A DNA stretch of 64,000 bases, taken from the NCBI GenBank assembly GCA_900088475.1, contig FLMG01000137.1, positions 11,140 to 75,139 of the forward strand, given 5' to 3'. This DNA comes from Hyphochytrium catenoides (Eukaryota; Protista; Hyphochytriomycota). Under the pieces are notes generated by a model. The model worked only from the letters and a program-made list of their open reading frames with translations, had not been told where the DNA came from and did not search any database. The position numbers were made by a program, and so were the translations under genes. This document shows positions 26,326-37,751 of the stretch, piece after piece (the stretch's first letter is position 1; every line of letters begins with the position of its first letter).

Positions 26326-29001
26326 ATGGCGGCAGAAGACGATGGGCGCAGTCTTCTCTTGCAGGCTGAGGAGCTGAACTGCAGGGCGAATGGATTGTAC
26401 ACTGCAGGCAGATACCAGGAGGCAGTGGCTCTGTATCGAGCAGCTAATCGGGTTCTCGAGACCCGCGCAGAGTTCGCCGCTTACAGGTCGAAGTATCATT
26501 CCAATAGCGCGCAGGCACTCATTCAGGCCCAGGAGCATGAGGAAGCTGAAAAAGGTCAGGGCGCGGAGTGAAAGCAGTTTTCGAGCTTCTCTGCTTTGTA
26601 CCTTTCTCTTACTCCGTGCAAATATGACCAACATCCTCCGACTCTGACCTCAACCCTTCCGCTTCCTCTTGCTATCACATTGCGTATGGACCTGGACCTG
26701 TTAGAAGCCCTCGCTGCAGTGAAGATGGATGTCAGTAACATCAAGGCGTGGATCCGCTTGGGCCTAGCCCAGGAGCAGCAGTACAAGCTGGAAGCGGCCA
26801 TAAAATCCTTGGAGAAAGCTCAGGGCCTTGTCTTCTCCTGTCTCCTACCTGTTGCCTCTTCCGGCTCCACTTCCGCTCAGCCCTACGACCGTCTTCGAGT
26901 TCTGATCGAGAACTCTCTAGCTCGTTTAAAGAGCAATGTCCAAGGAGACGCTGTAGCACTAAAGCGGGAGAGAGAAAAGGTGGGAGAGCTAGTGAACAGC
27001 ACGCAGCACCTTCGAATCAGCTTCAGGTACACGCCGATTCATCCTGCCCAGACCTGAATGTCTATTTCTCCCTGGCTAGCTCTTGCTCTGCGAGTGCTTC
27101 ATGCTAGAAGAGAGCCTTTGCTTAGTCCTCAATGTAGCTTTCAGCCGTCTTTTCTCCTCTCTTTCAATCTCTTCTCCACGTCTTTCTGCCAGGCTCCTGC
27201 TTGTTCTTGCCCCTTCGCCCCTATCGTCTTCACTGTCTGTGCTATTGATCCCTTATAGATTACCGGTCCTGCCTTAGAGTACCGACTCCGCAGTCCGTCG
27301 TCCCTGGTCGGTGGTACGACCTTCGCCTAGTGCTTGGAAACGAGTTTGGACTCTTCCAGAGGTCTCTTTTAGAAGGACAGCCTCCGTTCACTGTTGAGGT
27401 CTCTCTGCTTAGCTTCCCATCACCCAGCCAGAAGGAAAAGGTAACCGGAAAGTCAGGGACTGAAGCCGAACGGAACTGGGAGGTTGTCACGGAGCCAGAG
27501 CTCCTTTCGTTCTCTTCTTCTGGCAAGGTAGACTTCCAGTTTTGCGTCAGACGGGAGGCATCTGGAGAGCCCAAGGCTTTACTGAAGGACAGAGGAATCG
27601 GGCTCTTGGAAGACCAAGAGAAAGAGGAAATTGTGCTAGTGATTCGGCCCCACCCATCGTCTCTGTCCATTGCTATGGGGAGAGAGGTGGAAATCCTCCC
27701 TCTTGCCTCAAGGCCCATGCTACTAGTGGACAGGAAATGCGAGCATCGTCTCCCTGCAGAAAGCACAGTGGGCGACGATTGGCGGGAGCGCAGAACCCAA
27801 GGCCAAGATGAGAGACCAGAGTTGTACGTGAGCGGAGGATGCCGTCTGGTGGACATTGAAGGCTTCTCCTTCCCTATCCTTATCAGCGAGGCACCAGGCG
27901 ACCTTGGTAAGTGCGCAGGATGGCTGAGCAGGCTGCTAGAGGGTCACACATTTGACTAACCGTCGTCTGTACGATAGGCATCGGAGGCAAGGTAGAAAGT
28001 TAGACTCCAGGGCTTACATGGAATTCCTACTATTCCAGACATCTCTCTCTCTCCTCTCTCTCCTTTCTCCAGTCTCTCTCTCTCTCACTTGATCTCTAAA
28101 TATGGATTTTGTCCTCCCTCTTCTCCTTCCGTTCGTTCTAACTCGTACTTCTGGTCCTTCGGTGAAGGTCTGGGACAGCAGCCTCCTCTTAATTCAGTAT
28201 CTTGTGGCTCACGCTACGGAGCTACGCGGTCAGCGATGCATTGAACTGGGCAGTGGGACGGGGATTGTTGGGATTGTTGCTGGCATCCTCGGCTTGCCCT
28301 CTCTGCTGACTGACCTGGCGGTGGGTAACGTAGTCTCTGTTGAAGGCTCGAGGACACTCTTCCCTTCAATCAGCTAGATCGTGGCTGTCTCATTGACACT
28401 CGTACTCCACTCCTTCTTTGTTGTTTTTTGCTCACTCAACTCTCTTTTGCGGTTCATCTTTGTTCTTTATCCCTTGTATGGCTTCCCTCTCTGCCTGTTT
28501 CTACTTCCCGGGGTCTATCTGACGTCAACTGACAGTGCCTTCTGGCCTCCATTTCATGGCTTCTTATTAAGCGGCGCTGCCATCTCTCTCTTCTGACCCC
28601 TCCTCTACCTCCGATTCCCTCACTCTTCTCTCCTTTATCAGGAGGTTGTCCCGCTATTAGATGCAAACATAGCACTCAACGCGGCGCGTCTTCCTTGCGA
28701 CTCCACTCTCCGGGCTCAGGCTCACAGCTGGGGCACCGATACCTCAGGCTTCGAGCCGTTCGACATTATCCTTATGTCGGATGTCGTGTACGACCCGGCT
28801 GGCTATGAGCCTTTACTAGCTTCCCTTCAAGCACTGAGTGACAGGAACTCCAACATTATAATGGCGTACAAGAAGCGGCACCCTAGGGATGACGAGTTCT
28901 TCACTCTGGCGCGGAGAGAATTTGAGATCTGGGAAGAGACGGACACCAGCTTTATAGACCTTCCCTCCAAGATCCTCCACTTTCGACGGAATAAAGGGTA
29001 A
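26326..29001 (+). CDS. TPR domain fused to METTL21/Methyltransf_16-family protein-lysine methyltransferase
   Basis: TPR: ANGLYTAGRYQEAVALY, YHSNSAQA, NIKAWIRLG. Methyltransferase: G|IGGK|VWDS, CIELGSGTGIVG, LLTDL, HSWG, FDIILMSDVVY. Includes a 14-nt exon at 27978-27991. Confidence 0.88.
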
Positions 29002-29605
29002 TCCAGCACAGCATAAACAAAACCAAAGAAGTACTTGTGCCGTAAGCCTGGCAAGGGCACTGTCCTAAAATAGGCAGACGTAAAGCTCGCCCAGAACTTC
29101 CACATTGGTTGCTGGCATCTACTGTAGCAAAACTGCCGCCTTCTTCAAGAGCACGCGGAGGGTTGCGGTCGGTTGAAAGCCAAGGAAGAAGGGCCTATCT
29201 ATTGGGAGCAACAAGCTGCGAAAGAGTGAAGGATGCAGAGTCCCAGATTATGAGATAGCGGGAAAGATGATGGACCGGAAGGAAACAGCATGCGCAGTCT
29301 CTCACTAGGCCTCTTAGCTGAATCCAGGAGCAAAGCAGCCAAGACGTGGGCTCTTATTCGCACTTGAGGGCGTACATGGACATCAGATAGAGACAAAGAT
29401 GTATAGATAAGAAGGCAGAGACCAGACAGACAACGTCGAAGAAGTGATAGCTTGCTATTGGAGGAGCTCTTTAAATATGGAACAGATCAGAAAATGGACA
29501 ACAAAATGAGGACATGCGGCTATGGGGCGCTCGATGGCACTTTATCTTTCTCTCTCTCTCTCTTTTATATCTCCCTCCCTCCTCATGACGCTAATATTCT
29601 CCTAA

Positions 29606-30553
29606 TTATGCTGCCTTTACCTTCCCCTCGACGACAGGGCAAGCAAGCTTCTCTTTCTCTGCAGCAGCTCTCTGCTTCTTGGTAATCTCCCATGCATCGT
29701 GGGCGCGCTTGCGGTCCCAGACCAGCCCCAGCTTTGCGAAGAAGTCAATGAACATCTTGGACGGGTTGAACTGGGAGGAGACGCCGAACTCACTGGCAGC
29801 GTAATCATAGGGGAACTTGTGGTGCCAGTTATGCCAGCCCTCGCCCACAGCGACAATGGAGACAAACCTGTTCTCCGACGGGTTGATTTTTGGGTCGTAA
29901 GGCCTGTCTCCCCAGAAGTGAGCTGCACTGTTGACGCACCAGGTGAAGTGCAGGACCAGCGTGTACCGGAGAACGCCAGCTACCCAGTAGCCCAGCCAAA
30001 AGTTCTCTCCCCAGCAGACAGCAGGGACAATAGCAGGGATAAGGAAGCACCAGACAAAGTTCCACCATGGGTCCAGCTTGTGCTGGAAGCGGACGATAGG
30101 ATCGGCCCAGAGATCATCAAAGTTCAGCTTCTTGCCTGCATCAATAACCTTCTGGTCCTTGTTCACCAAGAGCCAGCCGACGTGGGCGAAGAAGAAACCC
30201 TTCATGGCATTGTGCGGGTCAGCGTCTGTCTCGGAGTGCTTATGATGGACTCTGTGGTCTCTGGACCAATGATAGATGGAGCCTTGGTTAGCAATGGAGT
30301 TGAAGATCATGAGAATCAGTCGGACAGGGAAGGCAGCCTTGTAGCTGCGATGTGACCACAATCTATGAGCTCCAGCCGTGATGCCAATGCCACTGATGGG
30401 CCATAGGATGAAAGTGAAGAGGAGAGTCTGCCACTTGCACTGGTTCAAGTACATCAGCCCAATGATGGATCCGATGTGGATGAATGAGATGTATCCCACC
30501 ATAAACCACCGCAGATTCCCTATGATGCCTTTAGAAGCATCGTAAGCTGGCAT
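29606..30553 (-). CDS. SCD: Delta-9 acyl-CoA (stearoyl-CoA) desaturase, intronless CDS, no fused cytochrome b5
   Basis: His boxes GITAGAHRLWSHRSYKA, HRVHHKHSETDADPHN and GEGWHNWHHKFPYDY; 315-aa ORF. Confidence 0.97.
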   Translation of the reverse strand: MPAYDASKGIIGNLRWFMVGYISFIHIGSIIGLMYLNQCKWQTLLFTFILWPISGIGITAGAHRLWSHRSYKAAFPVRLILMIFNSIANQGSIYHWSRDHRVHHKHSETDADPHNAMKGFFFAHVGWLLVNKDQKVIDAGKKLNFDDLWADPIVRFQHKLDPWWNFVWCFLIPAIVPAVCWGENFWLGYWVAGVLRYTLVLHFTWCVNSAAHFWGDRPYDPKINPSENRFVSIVAVGEGWHNWHHKFPYDYAASEFGVSSQFNPSKMFIDFFAKLGLVWDRKRAHDAWEITKKQRAAAEKEKLACPVVEGKVKAA

Positions 30554-31187
30554 CTTTCGCGATAGGGAAAAGCTTCAAAGAGAAGCTTCAAAAGGCGATG
30601 ACGGAGATCTGGAAGATCTGAGCTGCTCAGACGGAAAGATTTCGAGACCGCGGCAGCAAGCGGCAGATGAGACAGGTTGGACGGATTGCTGTTGGCCTGG
30701 AGAAAGAAGAAGTGAGCTCTTAGGAGCAGAGAACAGAGGATAAGCAACTGGCTCGAGGTGGCAGGAAAGAAAGAGAGAGAAAGGGAGAGAGAGAGAGAAC
30801 AGGAGTGAAGGTTGAGATGAGAAGAGAGCGAGTGGGAGAGTGGGGGAGGAGAGAGGGTGGGGAAGAGAGAGACAGTTGTCCACATCATGTGGAGAAGATG
30901 GGGCGTCAAGGGAAGAGGGAAGAGGATTGCTACCATCTCTGTCTTCTCCTTCCCTCCACCCAGAGCTGCTGGTCTGTGTCTGTCTCTTTACGTGTGTTGC
31001 TTGTCCTCGTCATCAGCCGGCGCTGATGATGTGAGGAGGGAGAGGACGCGCAACTGGGAAAGGGAACGTACAAGGAGATACTACTTGTGGAACGAACGGA
31101 GAGAACAGAGGGAGAGGGGGAGAGAGGAGCCACGAAGAAGATCGGGGTTCGAATCCAGGACTGTCAGCTCTTGGTCCTTGATACCTG

Positions 31188-31430
31188 CTCTCTCTCTCTC
31201 TCTCTCTCACTCTCTCTCGCTCTCTCTCGCTCTCTCTCTCTCTCGCTGTCTTTCTCTCTCTCTTTCCTTCTCTTTCTCCCTCCTCCTCTCTCTTTCCTTC
31301 TCTCTTTCTCTCTGTCTCTCTTTCTTTGGTCTCTCCTTTCCCTCTATCTCTCTCTCTACGCTCTGTCTCACTCTCTCTCTCTTGCCTGTCTCGCTCTGTT
31401 TGTCTTCCTCACTGCTTCTTTCGCTCTGTC
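31188..31430. repeat. (CT)n/(GA)n microsatellite tract
   Basis: Long imperfect CT dinucleotide run. Similar tracts occur at about 7920-7980, 43840-43980, 46020-46200, 47680-47820, 51885-51945 and 63060-63250. Confidence 0.9.
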
Positions 31431-31442
31431 TCCCCTTGGCCC

Positions 31443-31648
31443 TTTTTTATATCTAGAACTTCCATCTCTATGCTCATTCTGTCTCTCGCAATGTCCCCTT
31501 CTCTCTTCCACTCCCGCTTATCTCTCCATTTCTCTTTCTCTTTCCCTCTTCTAAAAGATCTCACGAGAGCCTAAGACATGGTGGTCTTATTCCTGTCATC
31601 CGATTGGCTAGGACCTCTTAGTATCTTAGTCCACTCTCCTCTGATTGG
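31443..31648 (-). promoter_or_regulatory. Putative desaturase promoter: two CCAAT boxes and a TATA-like element
   Basis: Minus-strand AGCCAATC at about 31642-31650 and 31602-31609 (about 41 bp apart); TATAAAAAA at 31443-31451, oriented toward the desaturase. Confidence 0.4.
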
Positions 31649-33925
31649 CTGAGCTCCCTCCCAGGTCACAACAACTTGCACCTTGACCTCACCATATTAC
31701 TACTACCACCATACCTACAATTAAAACCATTCAAAACCTACTATTACTCCTAGTATACTATTATAGATACAATAGCAGTAGGAACAAAAACCTCTCACCA
31801 GAGCAGTAGTAATATCATCGGAGGCTAAACACCTAACACTATCGCCTATGTGGATACTAATACGCGCTGGTCCTGGGTGACATCACGGCGGCCGCGCTGA
31901 TGAGCTGGTGAGAGCACCGCCGCCGCGGGTCGGAAGACAGAAAGAATTTGAAGACTGGACGGAGAATCGCAGTGCGGGCGGCCATGTCGTGCTGTGCGGT
32001 CCAAGTGCACCTGCAGATGTGTTTATGATCATGACGATGAGACGATGGACGTGACAGGATGGACGGAACTCTCTCTCTTTATTTGAGGGCTCACCCACGT
32101 TGCGCTCATAGACGCTTGGAAAGCTGACAGCCATCTACCCTTCTTTCTGTTCTCTGTGGCCGCCCTTCCTCTCCCCTCCCTCTGTACCGTTCGTGCGTGA
32201 AGAAGGTGTCACGGTGGGGTGAAAAGTGCACAGGTGGGCGCTGAGGGCGATGGAACGTGGAAGAGCTGAGCTGCTAGGGTGAAAAGTCGTAACGACATGA
32301 CAGGGCTCGTCACCGCGAGCAAGCTTGTCATCACTCTCTGTTTGGCTTATTATATTACCGATGATCTAGAGAAGAGTAGAGGGCTTAGTTTATAGAAGCT
32401 GTTATGTCATCACACTTCATCTCCACTGTTACTTGCTTTACTGGCGCGGCGGATCCCCATATTTCTCAATGACAACCAGAGAGTGGAACAGGAGAGGTGG
32501 GTCACTTTCCGTGACGCTACAGGCTTTACGTAGAGCTTCAATAGGCGTCATTGAAGCAAGCTCTATACGACGATAATAGCTTCATAATACTTCCCTGTGT
32601 GGTTTGTCGCGTCTACATACAGCTTGGTGTCACGTCATCACTGGATGGGTCCCCAGTATGGACAAAGACGAGTGCAGCGTGACTCATTGATAGGGATAAG
32701 GTGTTCTGAAGCCTCAATGGTAGCCCTGTTAACGTCGTGTTGGGAATCGGTAAGGACGCTGTTAGAGGGCGGAGCTACCGGCAATGCGGTTTGGCAATGG
32801 GCGGCGTTCTTTCCTTCTTCTACTTCTTCATCATCGAGCAGATGCATGCAGTATCGCACTATAAAGAATAGCTATATTTTACTCTAGGAAGCGTCATCCC
32901 GCTTAGGGCTTAGGGGTGACTGGTACAGCCAACCTAACGCCCCACCTGAGTGCCCTCTACTATCTTCTGTACTACTGGGAGGAAGAGGCCAGTGAAAGAT
33001 GGAAACAATAAGTAAGGAACAAGATGAAAGGAACAGCAACGGTCACTAGCTTTCTCTCGGTGCTTCGTGATGGGCGTGAGAAAAGCTAATGCATCTCCTT
33101 CAACGTGTTATTGCGCCCGGTGAGGCGCTAGAGAAAGTGCTTGTCCTGAGATCACGTAAATAATGTAGGAAGAAGAGCAATGATTGGCATATCAAGATAT
33201 TGTATGGCTTGAGCTGCCAAAAGGCATATAAATAGCTGTATGGTGGTGGGGTGCGTACTAGGAGAAGGGAAGAAGGCATCTTGTCTACAAGCAACATGTT
33301 ATGAACCCCTTCCCTGGTACAAGCTATGATAGCGTATGGCGCCTTAGAGCAGCCCAGCGGGCCGACACCCTTCTGTTGCTACACCTTTTTGCCTGGCACT
33401 TGTCTGAAACTCTATTTATTGGCCCGTCCGGCATCTTTATAATGATGAGCACCTTCCACCACAGTGCCCGAGACGTCACCAGCGAGCTGAGAGGCTTCCT
33501 TCTGGAGAAAGCGAAGGAAGAAGAATAAGGCCCCCCGCGAAGGATACGAGAAGAAGTTCAGTCAATAGTCAAGGAAGGCAGGGAGAGGTCCGCCACAGTC
33601 GTAAGACGCCGGTCTTCCTTGATAAGTACTATCCAATTAGAAGAAAGGTGAAGAAAGTGAACAACAAGAAAGAATTCTGCAAATGTCTGAAGAGCAATTT
33701 ACTTTGAAGAGCACAAGCAAGGAGCTCCAACTCATCACAATTTAGCACTCTACCGAACCGCTGCGGTCCCAGAGACAAGCACAGTGCGCAGAGTGAAGCG
33801 GTAAAAAGAGACTCTAGACACTCTGCTCTCGCTCTGGTCTCAAAGAGAATAGGTGGTACAAGCAGCACACGTCACCACATACTAAGCGCACGCATCAATA
33901 TCCCGTTGCTTAGGATGAGTCAGGT

Positions 33926-36672
33926 CTACCTTTTGCATAAGAATCCACTTATGAAGGGATTGAGTCCATTGTTAGCAAGAATGGCTTCGCTGAAGAGTTG
34001 ACCGCTAAAAGAGGCAGATGGAAACCAATCGTCAAAAGGGCCTCCTGTCTTCTTCGCTACTTCCTCTCCGCAGTTTCCTCTGTTCATTCTCAACTCTGTC
34101 ACAAGCAGCCTTTCTTCATCAAAACATCTGCTGCAAGAATCGAGCGACAACGCTTCTCCAGTTCTCCTCGCCTTCATCATGTGAAGGTACTACCGGAGAA
34201 CCAGAAGAGGAAGAAGAGGATTCAGAGTTCACGGCATCAAGTAGAACCTTGATCCCGTCATGGGAGAGGTCATCAAGCCCTACATTCAAGGAGAACAAGG
34301 ACGGGTACTCTGTCGTCTCCTTCAGGAGGGGAACGAATGCACGTGCGCCGTCGTCGCCCATGGGATTCCCGTCCAGAGCCATGTAGAAGCGATACCATTG
34401 CTTACCCTTCTGTTTACCTCTCTTCAGCACCGCTGTCGCAAGGGCCCGAGCCCCAGTGGGTCCAATTGCATTTAGGGATAACCGGAGGTGGTCTATCATC
34501 ATATGCGTAGGGATAACCGCGGCCAGAGCACAGGCTCCTTCATCATCAACATTCTGGTTTATGAGAGATAGGCTGTCCAAGTTAGTGTTGGTCTTTAAAC
34601 TCTCGGCTAGATAGGCTACACCGATTCCCGTGATCTTCTTCCGCGAGGGTTGGGTTGTTTGAGCCCCTAGGACGTCATCACTGAGACCTGGAATGCGAGC
34701 TGGCGGCTGCCAGCATCTTGGCGCTGCTAGTGCGGTTGTGATGCTGCTCTGGCCCCTTTCCTCTCGCTGTCTGCGTAGATCCGCTGAAGAACAAGTAAAC
34801 CTAGACGGTCCACCAGATGCCGTCGTCCTGGGTGATGCACCTGAGAGCTTCTGGTGTCTCATGTCCATGACCGTCTGCAGGCCGTACCACATAAGGTTCA
34901 TTCCATCGAGTGTTAGGTCACCCAAGGATTGATTTACTTTCAATCCGTCTGCTAGCCCCTTGCAACCTTCATCGCCTATATCACACTCAGACAAGTTGAG
35001 CCCTTTTAGTCCCTTGTTATGGGCAAGGCCACGACCGATCGCCTTCGCTCCCTCATCCCCCAGAGGATTCGACGCAAGGGAGAGGAAGTCAACGGTATGA
35101 TTGCGCGCGAGAAATATGGTGAGTCCTTCAGCTTGAGAAGAGGCGATGCTGCAGGAATCAAGAAAAAGAATCATAATGCTCCGGTTCTCCTCAAGCGCCG
35201 CGAAGAGAGGTGAAGCATCTTCCATTGGATTATCAAATATACGAAGGTTCACCAAGCTCTCATTAACCTTGATTCCATCAGCCAGCTCGCTCAGCGCTTC
35301 CCTATCGTGAAGTCCACAGTGACTCAGCGACAATGCAACTAAGGTCTTGTTCACACCCAATGCTGGGCCAATCTCCCTCCAGACCTCACGCGACCGTTTG
35401 GCGTCGTCAAGAGCGGCTCCACAGTCAAGGAGATCGACGAGTTGCAATGTCTTGTTCGTTCGTAAGACTACTCCCCACTGCCTCCATGCATCGGCAGACA
35501 GCTGGACATGGTGAAGGGTGAGACCTGTGACGCTCTTGTTTCTCAGTAGCGCGCGGACAAGTCTCACATCATTGACACCATCAGCTTGGCCACCCAGAAT
35601 CTTAACATCGGTCAGGGAGGTGCTTGTCTCTAGAAGCTCTGCCAGTTGTTGGCCAGACGCTGCCCTGAGGTTTATGATCTCTAGTGCTTTTAGAGTGTTC
35701 CTTTTAGCGATGGCATCGAGAACAGATCCCAAGCCTCCTTCTTCTTCTTCTCTTGTCATTTCCTTGTCAACCGTCTTGGCAGGAACATCACTGATCGCCA
35801 GACTCTGCAGAGATTGACTATTGACGACACCCTCCGCCAATCTCTTCAATCCCATATGGCCCAATGGCACACCGGCAATATCCAGTCGCTTTAGCACTGC
35901 GTGGGCTGCCACTAAAATCTGTCGAAAGTAGTCTCCAGATTGCTCCGTAAGTCGGCACGATTTGTCGAAGACGAGAGAGTCGACCTTTAAGCCTGCATCG
36001 ACACCATTCGCTAGGATGTGCGTCAGTCTGTCGGTCACGGCTTCACCTCCGAGCCAAAGCGTGATCGGCACCTGCCGCTGAAGAAGACTGGTGATAAGAG
36101 CTTCCTCCCATCCTCTATCACTTTCACCGCCGCCGCCCAGGGTAGGAAGGACCGAGCCAATCCACAGTCCGCGGACACTCCGATTCTTCTCCAATCCCTG
36201 CGCCAGTAGGATCATGTCCTTCGAGTGAATGGCCCGGAAGGTCAAGTTCTGAATGAGACACTGTCCTCTCCTCAAGGTCCTGCCCGCAGGATCGGCTGTC
36301 TCCTCTCTTCGTCCCATGGCCGTATCCTCGATCAGGGTCTCTCCATCTTCACTGAGAACTTCAGATAGGAGCTTGACGTCTTGAGAGGTCAACAGAAATT
36401 GCAGATCCAGGTCCGTAATACCATTGCTCTGCTTTAGAGCACTGGCAAGGAGCTTCGCGTCGTCCCCTAGCGGTGTAGTATGGGCGACGAGTGATCTTGG
36501 ACGGGAGGTAGTAGTAGTCGGAAGGGGATGAGGCTAGCCTCAACTCTCTAAGCTGCTCATCTTCGTCCACGAAGGTAACGGGATCGCTTGATTGGTCAGA
36601 AATCGTACCGTTGAGCTCAAGATATCCTAGGCCGCGATTTTGCTTGATGTCTTTGATCACACAGTTCCCCAT
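33926..36672 (-). pseudogene. Ribonuclease-inhibitor/NLRC3-like LRR protein gene, apparently intronless, with frameshifts near both ends
   Basis: Repeats such as LSLASNPLGDEGAKAIGRGL and LNLSECDIGDEGCKGLADGL. The MGNC start (36672) is out of frame with the main LRR frame (PLGDDAKLLASALKQ), and an LRR-like sequence continues in the +1 frame after TTT TGA at about 34120. Confidence 0.7.
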
Positions 36673-37741
36673 GATGCTGCTGGGTGTTTCTGAAGCTCGG
36701 TCCGCAGACGAAGAAGTCTTTGAAGTGATGAACTGGTTGGAAGAAACACTTTGACGCCGTGTCCACCTATAGAAACAAAGATAGAACTCTTCTATGTTTG
36801 CATCTTGCTAGAGAACGAAGAAGAAAGGTTCTTCCGTGTCAGTGCAAGGACAATTTTGCCTACAGAGACCGCAACCCTGACGCATTGTGGCCGGCATAAG
36901 TCAGAATAACTAACCTCAAGACAGCAATGAAGTCCCTCCCCAAGGCACGACCAAGCTCTTCTGGCAGATACTGCGGTGATCAAGGAATACTGTCCTTCAT
37001 CATTCAGAGGAAGAGGAATAAGATATTTTGGACGCCCAGCCATCCTTCTCTCAACAACGCCATGATGTCCAACAAGCGACTTAGACGAACTCAACAACGT
37101 GCTTGGAGCAAGAGTTTCTGAGACCTCACACTCGCCATCTTTGGAGGAACGCTACCACGATAGCAGCACCTTCGTCTCCTCAAGCTCTCTCCTTTCATCG
37201 CAATTGATCAGGCTGCTCAAGTACCAAGCTGCTCATCAAGCTCCTCTCTCTCTCTTCATCAATCCCCTTCTCAAACTCCTCAAGCCGTTTCCCTTCAGGC
37301 TCCTCTATTAGCTACTCTCTCTTCTCTCTCTCTCTCTTTTCCAACCTCTCTCTCTTCTCTCCGCCTCATCCAAGCTCCTCATTCAAGCACCTCCTCCAGC
37401 GCTTGGCTTCGTATCAGGATCCACGAAAGTTTGCTTCCTGACGCGATGGCAAATTTAAAGCTGGCGACCGACGTTAGCTGTCATTGTGCACAGTAGGACT
37501 TCACTCTTATGAGTGAGGAGCTAGATAGGAAGTGATGACTGTATACCAGCAAGTGGGGGAGAGAGATCCTCTCAGCTGAGTGATCCTGTGTGATTGAATA
37601 TACTTCCTTGTAGTTCTGAAGACCTCATTGGACTCAGCTGTAGAGTCTCTGAGCCCATTCTTCCTTTATAGAGCTTTTGTCTTCTGATAGAGCTCAACAG
37701 CTCTGAGCTTGTCTTCCTCTGAGACTCTATTCTTGCTTTGA

Positions 37742-37751
37742 GGTTATGGGC
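37742..37751 (+). promoter_or_regulatory. Primer-binding site complementary to the anticodon-arm region of tRNA-iMet (half-tRNA priming type)
   Basis: GGTTATGGGC matches the first 10 nt of the Drosophila copia-type PBS GGTTATGGGCCCAG and lies about 150 bp upstream of the gag ATG (37898). Confidence 0.7.

Noticed and set aside
27259-27277. Apparent in-frame TAG in the TPR-methyltransferase (readthrough or recoding?)
   Set aside because: The TAG is the true splice acceptor (gccttag|AGTA), which restores the frame; no recoding is needed.
29699-30355. 218-aa antisense ORF over the desaturase (and similar shadow ORFs over XDH and the calpain)
   Set aside because: Explained by the codon bias of the sense gene; no protein motifs.
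32902-32915. TTAGGG-like telomeric motif
   Set aside because: Only two imperfect copies; expected by chance.
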